From: an uncultured Nitrospiraceae bacterium
GTDB taxonomy: Bacteria; Nitrospirota; Thermodesulfovibrionia; Thermodesulfovibrionales; Dissulfurispiraceae
Assembly: GCA_963705105.1 (NCBI GenBank)
Contig: CAVPIW010000006.1
Coordinates: forward strand, 448,001 to 512,000
Reading direction: 5' to 3'
DNA length: 64,000 nt
The notes below the pieces were generated by a model. That model was not told where the DNA came from, searched no databases, and saw nothing but the letters and a program-made list of their open reading frames with translations. The position numbers were made by a program, and so were the translations under genes. Below are positions 1 through 10,802 of this stretch, in pieces; positions within the stretch are counted from its first letter, which is position 1; every line of letters begins with the position of its first letter.

Positions 1-366
1 GCTATCGACCTGATGCCGGAGGAACTGAGCGGCGGGATGCACCGCCGCGTGGCCATCGCCCGCTCTCTGGCGGCTTTCAGTCCGAAGATGTTCCTCTATG
101 ACGAGCCGACGGCAGGGCTCGACCCGGTGAACGCGGAGAACATCTGCACCCTCGTCAGGTCTCTCAGCAGGGAGGGACAGGGGTTTATGATCGTGACGCA
201 CAAGGTGACGGACGCGATGAAGGTGGCTGAAAGATTTCTATTTCTGAAGAACGGCGTTATCCGGTTCGACGGAGGGAAGGAGGAGATTCTCTCTTCTCAG
301 GATGTCGATGTGCGGGCCTTCCTGGGTGAGGTGCTCCACCCTCTCGGGACGGGGACAACAGGATAA
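1..366 (+). CDS. ABC transporter ATP-binding protein, MlaF-like (5' part lies outside window)
   Basis: LSGGM signature, Walker B/D-loop FLYDEPTAGLDP, H-loop VTH; directly upstream of MlaD; frame open from base 1. Confidence 0.85.
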   Translation, partial: AIDLMPEELSGGMHRRVAIARSLAAFSPKMFLYDEPTAGLDPVNAENICTLVRSLSREGQGFMIVTHKVTDAMKVAERFLFLKNGVIRFDGGKEEILSSQDVDVRAFLGEVLHPLGTGTTG

Positions 367-390
367 AAGACGGGAGGAGGGAACTGAGCA

Positions 391-1452
391 GTGTTTGACA
401 GCAAGAAGCAGCTCCTGTGGTCGAAGATGAGGGTCGGCATCGTGATCACCATTGCGGCCGTCATCATCTTTTTCACCGTTTTCTTTGCCGGGACGATCGA
501 AAACATCTTTTCGCCGAGGGTCGAGTTCAAAGCCCAGGTGCAGGATGCCAAGGGTCTCAGGACAGGAGCGCCCGTCTGGATCTCCGGCATCGAGGTGGGT
601 TCGGTGAGCGACATCTCGCTTCATCCCTCGCTCAGGACGGTTATTACCCTTTCCGTCGATAAAAAGGCATTCACATATATCAGGAAGGATTCGCAGGCGA
701 GTATTCTTACCATGGGACTCCTCGGAGACAAGTATATCGAAATTTCAACGGGCACAGCCGGCGCTGAAGCGCTCAGCCCGGGCGGCGTCATCCTCGGTTC
801 CGCGCAGATCGACCTGAAGGACGTCATGGAGACGGGGACCACGTCGATCCAGAAGATGAATGAGTTTATCGAAAAACTGGGGCGCATCGTCGAGCAGATC
901 GAAAAGGGGGAAGGCACCGTCACGAAACTTCTCACAGACCCGTCGCTTTACGATAACCTGAAGGATTCGTCGAAGGAGCTTTCGGCAGTCCTCAGGGATG
1001 TGAGGAAGGGCGAGGGGTCACTAGGAGCGCTGATCAAAGACCCGTCCATTTATGAAAACCTGCGCGCCTCCTCATCGTCCCTGGCCCAGTTCAGCATAAA
1101 ACTCAACGAGGGCTCGGGCACATTGCGGCGGCTTGCCGAGGACCCCGCACTTTATGAAAAAATGGTGCTCATCAGCACCTCTCTTGAGGAATTCACGGGG
1201 AAGTTAAACAGGGAAAAGGGGTCCCTGAACAGGCTTATCGAAGATCCTTCCCTCTATGAAAACATGAGCAGGGCCTCGGAGCGGCTCACTGTAATCCTCG
1301 ACCGGATCGAGAGAGGGGAGGGGACGGCGGGCCTGCTTGTCAGGAACGAAGAGATGGCGGGTGAGCTCAGAGCGACTGTCGCCGAGTTGAGAAAGCTCAT
1401 CGCGGAAATGCGGGAAAATCCGCGCAAATTTTTCAAATTCAGCATCTTATGA
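391..1452 (+). CDS. MlaD/MCE family protein with long helical region
   Basis: N-terminal TM, GLRTGAPVWISGIEVGSV and GLLGDKYIEI MCE motifs, repeated GxGSLGxLxxDPxLY units. Confidence 0.9.
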   Translation: MFDSKKQLLWSKMRVGIVITIAAVIIFFTVFFAGTIENIFSPRVEFKAQVQDAKGLRTGAPVWISGIEVGSVSDISLHPSLRTVITLSVDKKAFTYIRKDSQASILTMGLLGDKYIEISTGTAGAEALSPGGVILGSAQIDLKDVMETGTTSIQKMNEFIEKLGRIVEQIEKGEGTVTKLLTDPSLYDNLKDSSKELSAVLRDVRKGEGSLGALIKDPSIYENLRASSSSLAQFSIKLNEGSGTLRRLAEDPALYEKMVLISTSLEEFTGKLNREKGSLNRLIEDPSLYENMSRASERLTVILDRIERGEGTAGLLVRNEEMAGELRATVAELRKLIAEMRENPRKFFKFSIL

Positions 1453-1554
1453 GAATCACGCCGGTCTTGATCATTGAAATTTTACATCGTGTCATATACA
1501 CTATATGACCAATAGAACAATGTCTCGCCTATCACAGAATCCAGGAGGATAGAT

Positions 1555-4266
1555 ATGGTGAAAGCGGTCAAGAAGCAGAAAGCGGCTGTGAAGCCTGCAA
1601 AAACGGCAAAGGCGAAGAAGCACGTGTACTTTTTCGGAGGCGGCAAGGCCGAGGGAAAAGGCGACATGAAAGACCTCCTCGGAGGAAAGGGCGCCGGCAT
1701 CGCCGAAATGACGAACCTGGGAATGCCTGTTCCTGCGGGCTTTACGATCACCACCGAGGCCTGCAACGAATATTTCAAGGCGGGAAAGAAGTACCCTGCC
1801 GGTATGTGGGAGCAGGTGCTGGAGCACATGAAGAAGGTCGAGAAGGCGATGGGCATGAAATTCGGTGACCCCGTCAATCCGCTGCTCGTCTCCGTCCGCT
1901 CCGGCGCGAAGTTCTCGATGCCGGGCATGATGGATACGGTGCTGAACCTCGGCCTCAATGCCGAAACGATGAAGGGGCTCCTGGCGAAGACGCAGAATCC
2001 CCGCTTCGTCAATGACGCGTACCGCCGTTTTATCACCATGTTCGGCAGCATCGTCACAGGCGTCGATCGCCAGAAATTCGAAGGCGCTCTCGACAAAATC
2101 AAGGAAAAGAAAAAGGTGCACCTTGACACGGACCTGAGCGCAGAGGACCTCATCGGGGTCATCGCCGAGTTCAAGAAAATCTACAAACAGGAGACGGGCT
2201 CGGAATTCCCGACGGATCCGTACGAGCAGCTGAAGATGGCGATCAACGCTGTTTTCGGGTCCTGGTTCGGCGACAGGGCCATCAAGTACCGCAAGCTCCA
2301 CGGCATAGCCCACGATCTCGGCACCGCCTGTAACATCCAGTCGATGGTCTTCGGAAACATGGGCGACAATTCGGGCACCGGTGTGGGTTTCACGAGAGAC
2401 CCCTCGACGGGACAGAACAGGTTCTTTGCCGAGTGCCTCATCAATGCCCAGGGTGAGGACGTCGTCGCCGGTATCAGGACGCCGCTGCACATCAATGAAC
2501 TGAAGAAGAAGATGCCGAAGCCCTATGCCGAGCTCGAGAAGATCTACAAGAGGCTCGAAAAGCATTACAAGGACATGCTCGACATCGAGTTCACCATACA
2601 GGAGGGCAAGCTGTTCATGCTCCAGACCAGGGTGGGCAAGAGGACGGCCGCGTCGGCACTGAAGATCGCCGTCGACATGGTCAAGGATAAGCTGATCGAC
2701 AGGAAGACGGCCGTTCAGCGGATCGATCCCGCCCAGATCGACCAGCTCCTGCACCCCATGATCGATCCGAAAGCCCGGGTGGAGGTTGTGACGAAGGGAT
2801 TGCCCGCGTCACCGGGCGCTGCCGTCGGCAAGGTCGTCTTTACCGCCGACGAGGCGGAAAAGGCCGCGGCGAACGGAGAAAAGGTGATCCTTGTGAGGAC
2901 CGAGACATCTCCCGAGGATATCGGCGGCATGGCGGCAGCACAGGGTATCCTCACGGCCCGGGGCGGCATGACCTCTCATGCCGCTGTCGTCGGCCGGGGC
3001 ATGGGCAAGTGCTGCGTCGTCGGTTGCGGCGCCATCGACATCAACGAGGCGCAGAAAATTTTCACGATCAACAACAAAATCACCGTGAAAGAGGGAGACA
3101 CCGTCACACTCAACGGGACGACGGGCGAGGTGATCCTCGGCGAGGCGCCTCTCATGCTTCCGGCTCTGACGAGCGATTTCAATACGGTCATGAGATGGGC
3201 CGACGAGTTCAGGACCCTGAAAGTCCGCACGAATGCGGATACACCGAAGGACGCCAGGGTGGCCAGGAATTTCGGCGCCGAGGGCATCGGTTTGTGCCGC
3301 ACCGAGCACATGTTCTTCGAAGAGGAGCGCATCAAAGCCGTCCGGGAGATGATCCTCTCCGACACAAAGGAGGGCAGGGAGAAAGCTCTCGTAAAGATCC
3401 TCCCCATGCAGAAGAACGATTTCATCGGCATCTTCACCGAGATGAAGGGGCTTCCCGTGACGATACGGCTCCTCGACCCGCCGCTCCACGAGTTTCTCCC
3501 CCATACGGACGAGGAGATCGAGCGCCTCGCCGGTGAGATGGGCGTGTCCGCCGACCGTCTCAAGGCCAAGAATAAGGCGCTTCACGAGTTCAACCCCATG
3601 CTCGGCCACCGGGGATGCCGCCTCGGCATAACCTATCCCGAGATCTACGAGATCCAGGTGCGGGCGATCATGGAGGCGGCCTGTGAACTGGCGCAGAAGA
3701 AGGTCAAGGTGATCCCGGAAATCATGATACCCCTGACGGCGCTCGTCAGCGAAATGAAGGTGATGCGCGATCTCGTCGTGAAGGTGGCCGATGGAGTAAA
3801 GGCTCAGTACAAGTCGAAGGTGGAGTACACCGTCGGCACGATGATCGAGCTGCCCAGGGCGTGCATAACCTCTGAAGAGATCGCCTCCGTCGCCGACTTT
3901 TACTCCTTCGGGACAAACGATCTCACACAGACGACCTTCGGACTCTCGCGCGATGATGCGGGTAAATTCCTCCCCTTCTATATCGAGAACAAACTCCTCG
4001 ACGAGGACCCCTTCATCTCGATCGATCAGAGCGGGGTCGGCGTACTCATGAAGTTCGCCGTCGACCGGGGGCGTGCCGTGAAGAAGAACCTCAAGATGGG
4101 GATCTGCGGAGAGCACGGAGGCGACCCGAGTTCAGTCGATTTCTGCCACAGGGTCGGCCTCGACTATGTGAGCTGCTCGCCCTACAGGGTGCCGATAGCC
4201 CGTCTCGCGGCGGCGCAGGCGGCCCTGAGGAAGAAAGGAACGGACCTCTCGAAAGCGTCCATGTAG
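1555..4266 (+). CDS. ppdK: Pyruvate, phosphate dikinase
   Basis: LLGGKGA, PLLVSVRSGA, phospho-His motif GGMTSHAAVV, GIGLCRTEHMF, SFGTNDLTQ, GICGEHGGDP. Confidence 0.98.
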   Translation: MVKAVKKQKAAVKPAKTAKAKKHVYFFGGGKAEGKGDMKDLLGGKGAGIAEMTNLGMPVPAGFTITTEACNEYFKAGKKYPAGMWEQVLEHMKKVEKAMGMKFGDPVNPLLVSVRSGAKFSMPGMMDTVLNLGLNAETMKGLLAKTQNPRFVNDAYRRFITMFGSIVTGVDRQKFEGALDKIKEKKKVHLDTDLSAEDLIGVIAEFKKIYKQETGSEFPTDPYEQLKMAINAVFGSWFGDRAIKYRKLHGIAHDLGTACNIQSMVFGNMGDNSGTGVGFTRDPSTGQNRFFAECLINAQGEDVVAGIRTPLHINELKKKMPKPYAELEKIYKRLEKHYKDMLDIEFTIQEGKLFMLQTRVGKRTAASALKIAVDMVKDKLIDRKTAVQRIDPAQIDQLLHPMIDPKARVEVVTKGLPASPGAAVGKVVFTADEAEKAAANGEKVILVRTETSPEDIGGMAAAQGILTARGGMTSHAAVVGRGMGKCCVVGCGAIDINEAQKIFTINNKITVKEGDTVTLNGTTGEVILGEAPLMLPALTSDFNTVMRWADEFRTLKVRTNADTPKDARVARNFGAEGIGLCRTEHMFFEEERIKAVREMILSDTKEGREKALVKILPMQKNDFIGIFTEMKGLPVTIRLLDPPLHEFLPHTDEEIERLAGEMGVSADRLKAKNKALHEFNPMLGHRGCRLGITYPEIYEIQVRAIMEAACELAQKKVKVIPEIMIPLTALVSEMKVMRDLVVKVADGVKAQYKSKVEYTVGTMIELPRACITSEEIASVADFYSFGTNDLTQTTFGLSRDDAGKFLPFYIENKLLDEDPFISIDQSGVGVLMKFAVDRGRAVKKNLKMGICGEHGGDPSSVDFCHRVGLDYVSCSPYRVPIARLAAAQAALRKKGTDLSKASM

Positions 4267-4282
4267 GACATCACTCTCGAAT

Positions 4283-4326
4283 AAAAACCGGGGCGGGACG
4301 GCCGGAAGGCCCTCCCGCCCGTTTTT
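4283..4326. terminator. Probable bidirectional intrinsic terminator
   Basis: GC hairpin GGGCGGGA..GGCC-GGAA-GGCC..TCCCGCCC flanked by A5 and T5, between convergent genes. Confidence 0.75.
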
Positions 4327-4382
4327 AATTCACGCCCGTTCCGTCCTACAAATTCGCTGCCGGGTTCAGACTATTTGTTGTC

Positions 4383-7300
4383 TCAGAAACTGACAACCCG
4401 CTTCGATCCTCCGCTTTCGACCGTGAACTCGTCGAAGCATGTCACCGAGTCGGCCTTGGTCCAGAGGCCGACATACCCTTTCACCGGCCGGTCATGATGA
4501 TAGGTGAGGATGATCTCGTCGTCGACGGCACCTGTAATGGTCTCCCCCCGGATTGTGACTGCCAGCCCGTGCCACTGGCCGGGAAGGATCCGCCTCCTGA
4601 CGTTCACCCGCTGAACCCGTTTCCCGTTGATGAATTCAAAGAGGATGACATTGCCCTCGAGGGCGTTGGACCGCAGGACGAAGTAATTGTCGGTGTCGGC
4701 GATCCCGAAGGCGATGCCGCCGGCCCTGTCGATGTTCCCCTTGACAGGTTTCACCTTCACCGTGACAGTCCCGTCTTCGATCTCACTGTCCTTCAGGATC
4801 GCCAGGGGGAAATAGTAGTATGCCTGGACCGTGTCGAGAAACTCCTGGTATGCCGTGCCGATGACCTTGCCGACGATGCCGGCGATGCCCGATGATATGC
4901 CCCGCCCCCATCTCGAGCCGTCCTGCAGGCAGCAGACCTTTCCGTCCTCGACGGCCCTCATCCAGTATCCTCCGTGGGTGTAAAATTCCGTGAGATCATC
5001 GTCCCTTCTCTTCTGGAGGAGGTTGTAGTGGCCCTCGAAGAAGGCCGCCGTGAACCGGTCCACCTCATCCTGGTTCGTCAGGGTCATGTCGAGGAGACGG
5101 CACGACGCGAGCAGCCTGCCGAGGAGGTCCAGTTTTTCGGCCGTCTCTTCACGGTCATACCGCTGAAGGGTCGCCTCGACGAAGTCTCCCCTTATGGAGA
5201 CCTTGAAGTCAAGGCGGTCCAGGACAGAGCCGATCAGGTGTATCCTGAGGGATCGTCCGTAATAGTTGCCTGCGCCGCCGGAAAACTGCAGGGAGACATA
5301 GTTCTGATTGCTGTTGTCGCTGCAGAGGGCGTCGATTGTGGCGAAGTGATAGGCAAAACGGGCGCTCAGATTCATGTAATCACCCGAGATGATGGCATAG
5401 CTCTCCCCGCCCGGTGCCTCACCGAATTCGGCGGTGGCCGTCGCAGCAAGGCGGCTTGAGAGCGTGTCCGTCTTGACGTTCATGGTGCCCTCCCAGGAGA
5501 CGCCCGGGTGCGTGAATCCCCTCCAGAGCGCCTTCATCGGCACCGATGAGATCACATCGGGCGTCAGGAGATCCGACGACGTGAGGCCCTCCCGGAAACC
5601 GCCGCCCATATCGATGAGAAAGAGATTCAGAGGAATCGTCGTAGTCAGGCGAAGGGCCGGTCCCCCCTTGCCGGCGCCGGCCGTCATGCCGAACATCTCC
5701 CGCATCGCAATCTCATGGGTATACCGGATGATGTCGTGGAAGGACCGGCACCCTTCCGGTCTGAACGACTCGTCTTCGGGATCGGTGAGGTTGAGAGGTG
5801 AAACACGGTCGAGGATCGACCGCATTTTCCTGTGCACGGGGCTGTCGAGAATGAGCTTTCTCCGGGGCTTCATTTGTTCACGCAAAGACTCGACAACCCC
5901 CCTGTAAACTGTTGATGAAGCGACATGCATTGTCACCGTCTCGCCTTCCTTCAGGGCCACCGTTGCAGTTTTCGTGTCAACGATGGCCGGCACGCCGAAT
6001 TCGCGTGCCACAGAGGCGAGGTGACTCGTCACGCTGCCGATATCCGTAATCAGCCCGCTTATTTTGCCCATGACTCTTGCGTATTCCGGCGACATCGTCT
6101 TCGTGACGATGATGGCCTGATCGGGAAGGGACTGCAAATCTTCGTCGGTCCTGATGATACGGACGGCGCCGATGGCCACCCCATGCGAGGCGGCAGTGCC
6201 TCCCTTCAGGATGACGGGGGCGTTGATTGCTTCTTCGCGGTTGATTTCCCTGTTCTCATTGACTTCGGGAAGGCCGAGAGGTCTCGCTTGAAGAATGTAA
6301 ATATGGTTGTCCCGGTCGACGGCCCATTCGATGTCCAAGGGACTCTCGGCCTGTTCTTCAAGCGTGATCCCGACACGGCCGAGGGCGGCGATTGTTTCAT
6401 CCCCGATGGCGGGTTTGTTCTGCTCCGCCTCCGGCACGTCTTCCGGAGCCGTGCCTCCCCCGGCCAGGCTGACGAGCCTCCGCTGCTTCAGGGCGATTTC
6501 CCGGTGGAGCACGAGCATCGTTCTTCTGTCCACAGAAAAACGGTCCGGAGAGGTGCTTCCGTCGACGAGGAACTCCCCGAGACCCCATATGGCATTGATC
6601 TGGAGCGCGCAGGAGAGAGGGAGGGCAGGGTCGACGGTATAGAGCACACCGCTCGACCGGGCGTCGATCATGACGATCCCGGCGACGCACATGAGCGTCT
6701 CCCGGTCATCGAGGCCGTGATGCATGCGGTACGATATGGCCCGGGCGCCGTACTTGCTTGCGATGACGGACCGGTATGCGTCAAGGATCTCCGTTCCCGA
6801 CACGTTCAGGACCGTCGAGTATTGTCCGGCGAACGACGCCTCCGTATCTTCCCCGACGGCGCTGCTCCGCATGGCGATCCGGACCCCCCTGTGGGTTCGC
6901 TCTTCAAGAGCGGCATAGGCTTTGAGGATCGCCGCGGCGACGTCCTCCGGGACGGCCGACGATCTGATGAGATTCTGCAATGCAAGGCTCATCTTCTCGA
7001 TCTCCCCCGGCGACTCGGGATCAAGCTTTGAGAATTCCTCTTCGATGGTCCTGAAGAGCCCGTTCGCCTCCATGAAGCGGTTGAAGGCGGAGGCCGACAC
7101 GGCGAAGCCGGGAGGCACGGGAATGCCGAGGGCATGCATGCGTGCCAGGTTCGCCGACTTGGAGCCGATGACCGCATCCATATCGGGCGGGATATCGCCG
7201 AGGGGAATCACGTATTCCATCTTTTGCAGCATGCATTTGGGGTTGAAGCTTTCGAAGAGGACATCGTCTATGGCGGCACAGGTTTTCAGGAGAGGGGCAA

Positions 7301-7562
7301 AGGTCCTGCCGGAAAGGGTTTCAAGGGAATAGATGACACCCATGACTGCCTCGAGGAGCTGTTCATAGGTGATGCGCACGGAGTTGAGACTGAAGGGTTT
7401 GCCGCTGTAGTAGGTCTGCTCCATATCGGCAAGGGTCTTGAGAGCCCTGTGGTTGTGGCCGAGCAGACTCCTGAAATGGCGGTATTTTCTTGCCAGGTCG
7501 CCCTGTGCGGTGCTCATGGGGGTATCGGTCTTCTTCGACAAGAGAGAAAAAAGGTTTTTCAT
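4383..7562 (-). CDS. PEP synthase / pyruvate,water dikinase-like protein with an extra C-terminal beta-sandwich (DUF1080/ConA-like) domain
   Basis: GSKSANL, PVPPGF, RSSAVGED, SFAGQY, DIEWA, ILQARP, His motif GSVTSHLASVAREFGVP; start moved to MKNLF (purine-rich RBS) because the longer ORF overlaps greA. Confidence 0.85.
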   Translation of the reverse strand: MKNLFSLLSKKTDTPMSTAQGDLARKYRHFRSLLGHNHRALKTLADMEQTYYSGKPFSLNSVRITYEQLLEAVMGVIYSLETLSGRTFAPLLKTCAAIDDVLFESFNPKCMLQKMEYVIPLGDIPPDMDAVIGSKSANLARMHALGIPVPPGFAVSASAFNRFMEANGLFRTIEEEFSKLDPESPGEIEKMSLALQNLIRSSAVPEDVAAAILKAYAALEERTHRGVRIAMRSSAVGEDTEASFAGQYSTVLNVSGTEILDAYRSVIASKYGARAISYRMHHGLDDRETLMCVAGIVMIDARSSGVLYTVDPALPLSCALQINAIWGLGEFLVDGSTSPDRFSVDRRTMLVLHREIALKQRRLVSLAGGGTAPEDVPEAEQNKPAIGDETIAALGRVGITLEEQAESPLDIEWAVDRDNHIYILQARPLGLPEVNENREINREEAINAPVILKGGTAASHGVAIGAVRIIRTDEDLQSLPDQAIIVTKTMSPEYARVMGKISGLITDIGSVTSHLASVAREFGVPAIVDTKTATVALKEGETVTMHVASSTVYRGVVESLREQMKPRRKLILDSPVHRKMRSILDRVSPLNLTDPEDESFRPEGCRSFHDIIRYTHEIAMREMFGMTAGAGKGGPALRLTTTIPLNLFLIDMGGGFREGLTSSDLLTPDVISSVPMKALWRGFTHPGVSWEGTMNVKTDTLSSRLAATATAEFGEAPGGESYAIISGDYMNLSARFAYHFATIDALCSDNSNQNYVSLQFSGGAGNYYGRSLRIHLIGSVLDRLDFKVSIRGDFVEATLQRYDREETAEKLDLLGRLLASCRLLDMTLTNQDEVDRFTAAFFEGHYNLLQKRRDDDLTEFYTHGGYWMRAVEDGKVCCLQDGSRWGRGISSGIAGIVGKVIGTAYQEFLDTVQAYYYFPLAILKDSEIEDGTVTVKVKPVKGNIDRAGGIAFGIADTDNYFVLRSNALEGNVILFEFINGKRVQRVNVRRRILPGQWHGLAVTIRGETITGAVDDEIILTYHHDRPVKGYVGLWTKADSVTCFDEFTVESGGSKRVVSF

Positions 7563-7790
7563 TCCCTTTCCTTTCGGGGTGTCCCAATTGTCCCAATGGA
7601 AAGATGAGACGCCTTCAAGGTTCTCGCGCAATCTCAAAATTATTATACAGGAACGCTCCTGTTCTCGACAGCACAAGTCGTTCGATGCCCCTTTTTTGAA
7701 AAAAAGCGGGAGACATGGTATGTTAAAAGAATATTCAAGAATAACAAGCTCCAGAGACAACGGGGAGTGAAAGGAGGGTGGGGCACGGAC

Positions 7791-8264
7791 ATGAACCGCG
7801 TACCGATGACGCCTGACGGGCATCAGAAACTCAAGGATGAGCTGGACCGCCTGATCAAGGAGCAGCGACCGAGAAACATCAGGGACATCGCCGAGGCGCG
7901 TGCCCATGGCGATATTTCCGAAAACGCCGAGTATCATGCGGCAAAGGAGCGGCAGTCTTTCCTCGAGGGGCGGATACAGGAACTCCAGGGGAAGTTATCC
8001 CGGGCGGACGTCATCGACCCTTCGAAAATCAACCAGGACAAGGTTGCCTTCGGGGCCAGGGTAAAGGTCATTGACATCGAGGCCGACACGGAATACGAAT
8101 TCATCCTCGTCGGCCCTGACGAAGGAAACGTTAAGGAAGGCAAGATTTCGATCAAGTCGCCTGTCGCAAAAGCGCTCATTGGCAAAGAGGTGGGCGATGT
8201 GGCTGTCGTCAAAGCGCCTGCGCGAACGATCGAATACGAGATCACCGAGATCACCTTTGCATAG
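7791..8264 (+). CDS. greA: Transcription elongation factor GreA
   Basis: ARAHGDISENAEYHAAKE, ISIKSPVAKALIGK. Confidence 0.97.
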   Translation: MNRVPMTPDGHQKLKDELDRLIKEQRPRNIRDIAEARAHGDISENAEYHAAKERQSFLEGRIQELQGKLSRADVIDPSKINQDKVAFGARVKVIDIEADTEYEFILVGPDEGNVKEGKISIKSPVAKALIGKEVGDVAVVKAPARTIEYEITEITFA

Positions 8265-9021
8265 ATTCTTCCGTTCCCGGGTCCTTGGGAACAAGCCTAT
8301 CACAGCCCACTACCGCCTCCTGGCCGTCGAGGCCCCTGCCGGCTCGGTCGTCCCGAAACCGGGACAGTTCTATATGATCCAGCCCGGTCCCGGTTACGAT
8401 CCCCTGCTGAAGAGGCCTTTCAGTATCTTCCGTTACAGCGGGGATGGTCTCGAATTCCTCGTCCGGATCAGGGGAAAAGGGACCATCGCCCTGTCCCGTC
8501 TCAGAAAGGGCGATGGGATTGAGTGTATCGGCCCCCTGGGAAAGGCCTATCCTCCGCCCTCGGGCGATTTCATCGCCGTTGCCGGCGGCGTCGGCATCGC
8601 CTCCCTCTTTCCCCTTCTCGAAGCGGAGGGACGGCGCGCCCACCTTTTTTACGGAGCCGTCAACAGGCAGCACCTCGTCATGCTAAGCCGCTTAAGGGGC
8701 CTTGTCCGGAAAACGACGATCGCCACAGATGACGGATCGAAGGGGGTACGGGGAACCATTACGGAGGCCCTGGAGAGGAGCCTCGGCGAACCGGGGGAAC
8801 ATCCCTCTCTGCCGGCAGTCTATGCCTGCGGCCCCGCGCCGATGCTGAGAGCCCTTTCCGGCGTCCTGAGCGGCAGGGGGATCACCTGTTACGCCTCCCT
8901 GGAGGAGCGCATGGCCTGCGGCATCGGGGCCTGTCTCGGCTGCGTCGTGCCCATGACAGGGGGATTGAAGAGGGTGTGCATGGAAGGTCCCGTGTTTAAA
9001 CTTGAGGACGTGGTATGGTGA
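8257..9021 (+). CDS. pyrK: Dihydroorotate dehydrogenase electron transfer subunit
   Basis: [40 protein letters not shown] 2Fe-2S motif; inferred TTG start overlapping greA stop. Confidence 0.92.
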   Translation: MHRFFRSRVLGNKPITAHYRLLAVEAPAGSVVPKPGQFYMIQPGPGYDPLLKRPFSIFRYSGDGLEFLVRIRGKGTIALSRLRKGDGIECIGPLGKAYPPPSGDFIAVAGGVGIASLFPLLEAEGRRAHLFYGAVNRQHLVMLSRLRGLVRKTTIATDDGSKGVRGTITEALERSLGEPGEHPSLPAVYACGPAPMLRALSGVLSGRGITCYASLEERMACGIGACLGCVVPMTGGLKRVCMEGPVFKLEDVVW

Positions 9022-9944
9022 ATCTCGGTGTCACCGTCGCATCGCTGAACCTCCGCAACCCGGTGATGACCGCGTCGGGCACATTCGGGTACGGCGCGGA
9101 GTTCGCGGGATTTGTCGATCTCGGGCGGCTCGGCGCCATCGTCGTCAAGGGGCTTTCCCTCGCTCCCCGCCGGGGAAACCCGACTCCCCGTGTTGTCGAG
9201 ACGCCTGCGGGCATGCTGAACGCCATCGGACTCCAGAACATCGGCGTCGATGCTTTCATTAAAGAGAAACTGCCCTTTCTCCGTCCCTTCGCGACGCCGG
9301 TGATCGTCAATTTTTTCGGCGATTCCGTGGACGAGTATGTGCGCGTCGCCGAGACACTGAGCGCCGCCGAGGGTGTCTCGGCCCTCGAGATGAACGTCTC
9401 CTGCCCGAACAAACAGGCGGGCTGGATCGTCTTCGGCACCGACCCGAAGGTGATGGAGGAGGTCATTGTCGCGGTGCGCAGAGCGACACAGATGCCGCTG
9501 ATCGTGAAGCTCTCACCGAACGTGACGGATATAGCGCTCATGGCGAGGGTTGCGGAAAATGCCGGGGCTGATGCACTCTCTCTCATCAATACGATACCCG
9601 GCATGGTCATCGACATCGGAAAACGGGCGCCTGTCCTCGCCAATAATACGGGAGGACTGTCCGGTCCCGCCATCCGCCCTGTCGCAGTCAGGATGGTCTG
9701 GCAGGTGTCCTGTGCCGTGACGATTCCCGTCATCGGCATGGGGGGCATCATGAACGCCCGGGACGCACTCGAATTCCTCATCGCCGGCGCCCGCGCCGTT
9801 GCGGTCGGCACGGCGAATTTCATCAATCCCATCACCACTATAGAGATAATCGAGGGAATCGGGAAATTTCTTGAGGAAGAGGGGATCAGCGATATCAATG
9901 CGGTCATCGGAAGCCTCCGGCCCCATCATCACCCTCACCACTGA
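9015..9944 (+). CDS. pyrD: Dihydroorotate dehydrogenase (class 1B) catalytic subunit
   Basis: [42 protein letters not shown]. Confidence 0.96.
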   Translation: MVNLGVTVASLNLRNPVMTASGTFGYGAEFAGFVDLGRLGAIVVKGLSLAPRRGNPTPRVVETPAGMLNAIGLQNIGVDAFIKEKLPFLRPFATPVIVNFFGDSVDEYVRVAETLSAAEGVSALEMNVSCPNKQAGWIVFGTDPKVMEEVIVAVRRATQMPLIVKLSPNVTDIALMARVAENAGADALSLINTIPGMVIDIGKRAPVLANNTGGLSGPAIRPVAVRMVWQVSCAVTIPVIGMGGIMNARDALEFLIAGARAVAVGTANFINPITTIEIIEGIGKFLEEEGISDINAVIGSLRPHHHPHH

Positions 9945-10704
9945 CTTCGGGTATCATGACCCCTTTGTCGGGCAGATAAAGGGAGTCATCCTGTCCGTCA
10001 ATCCATCGGTCACGATAGTCGACATCACCCATGGTGCAGAACGCCACGGGATCGGTGAGGCCGCCTTCATCACCGGTGACACGCACCGGTTCTTCCCGCC
10101 CGGCACGATCCACGTCGTCGTCGTCGATCCCGGCGTGGGTTCATCGAGAAAGGCTATCATTGTTGGGAGCGGACATCATATTTTCGTCGGGCCGGACAAC
10201 GGCGTCTTCTCGGTGATACTGGCGAACGACAGTGAGGCCGCTGTCGTCGAGATACGGGAAGATCGCTATCTTCTGGACAGGCACAGTCCCACATTCCAGG
10301 GGAGGGACGTTTTTGCACCTGCGGCGGCCTGGCTGTCGAGGGGTGTCGCCGTCGGTGGCTTTGGTCCCTCCCTGAAAGATCCCGTCATCCTGCCTATTGC
10401 CGCCACTGTGAAGGGTGAAGACGGCGTGACCGGTGCAGTTATGTATATCGACGGTTTCGGGAACGCCATAACGAACATCAGGCCCGATTGCCTGCCGCGA
10501 GGGGACGGGGGATTTCATGTCCGCCTGCGGGGCGTCTCCGTCTTCCCGGTCACGTATTATTCTGAGGCGGCGCCGGGGACGTTGTCATGCCTCTTCAACA
10601 GCTCCGGGTATCTCGAGATTTTCGTCCCCCTGGGGAGCGCCGCAGAACTGTTCGCCATCCGCAGGGGCGATGAAGTCTCCGTCACGGACATCGAAAGTAC
10701 TTGA
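9898..10704 (+). CDS. SAM hydroxide adenosyltransferase / chlorinase-fluorinase family (DUF62)
   Basis: [43 protein letters not shown]. Confidence 0.92.
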   Translation: MRSSEASGPIITLTTDFGYHDPFVGQIKGVILSVNPSVTIVDITHGAERHGIGEAAFITGDTHRFFPPGTIHVVVVDPGVGSSRKAIIVGSGHHIFVGPDNGVFSVILANDSEAAVVEIREDRYLLDRHSPTFQGRDVFAPAAAWLSRGVAVGGFGPSLKDPVILPIAATVKGEDGVTGAVMYIDGFGNAITNIRPDCLPRGDGGFHVRLRGVSVFPVTYYSEAAPGTLSCLFNSSGYLEIFVPLGSAAELFAIRRGDEVSVTDIEST

Positions 10705-10731
10705 CAATAAGGGAATGCCCTGAGATACAAT
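10701..10731 (+). promoter_or_regulatory. Putative sigma70 promoter of ihfA-merR with 19-bp spacer
   Basis: TTGACA-N19-TACAAT. Confidence 0.45.
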
Positions 10732-10802
10732 TATCGTCGTCACTCACAGGACAACGAACGGGTCTCTCATCGTTGGTCGTAATTTAATGTGCGAGGTATC
10801 CA

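Noticed and set aside
7563..7937. ORF-track N-terminal extension of the PEP-synthase-like gene
   Set aside because: Overlaps greA and the divergent promoter region; a good RBS precedes the ATG at 7562
9898..9944. His-rich tail RPHHHPHH on PyrD
   Set aside because: By-product of the 47-nt overlap with the conserved IITLTTD start of the next gene
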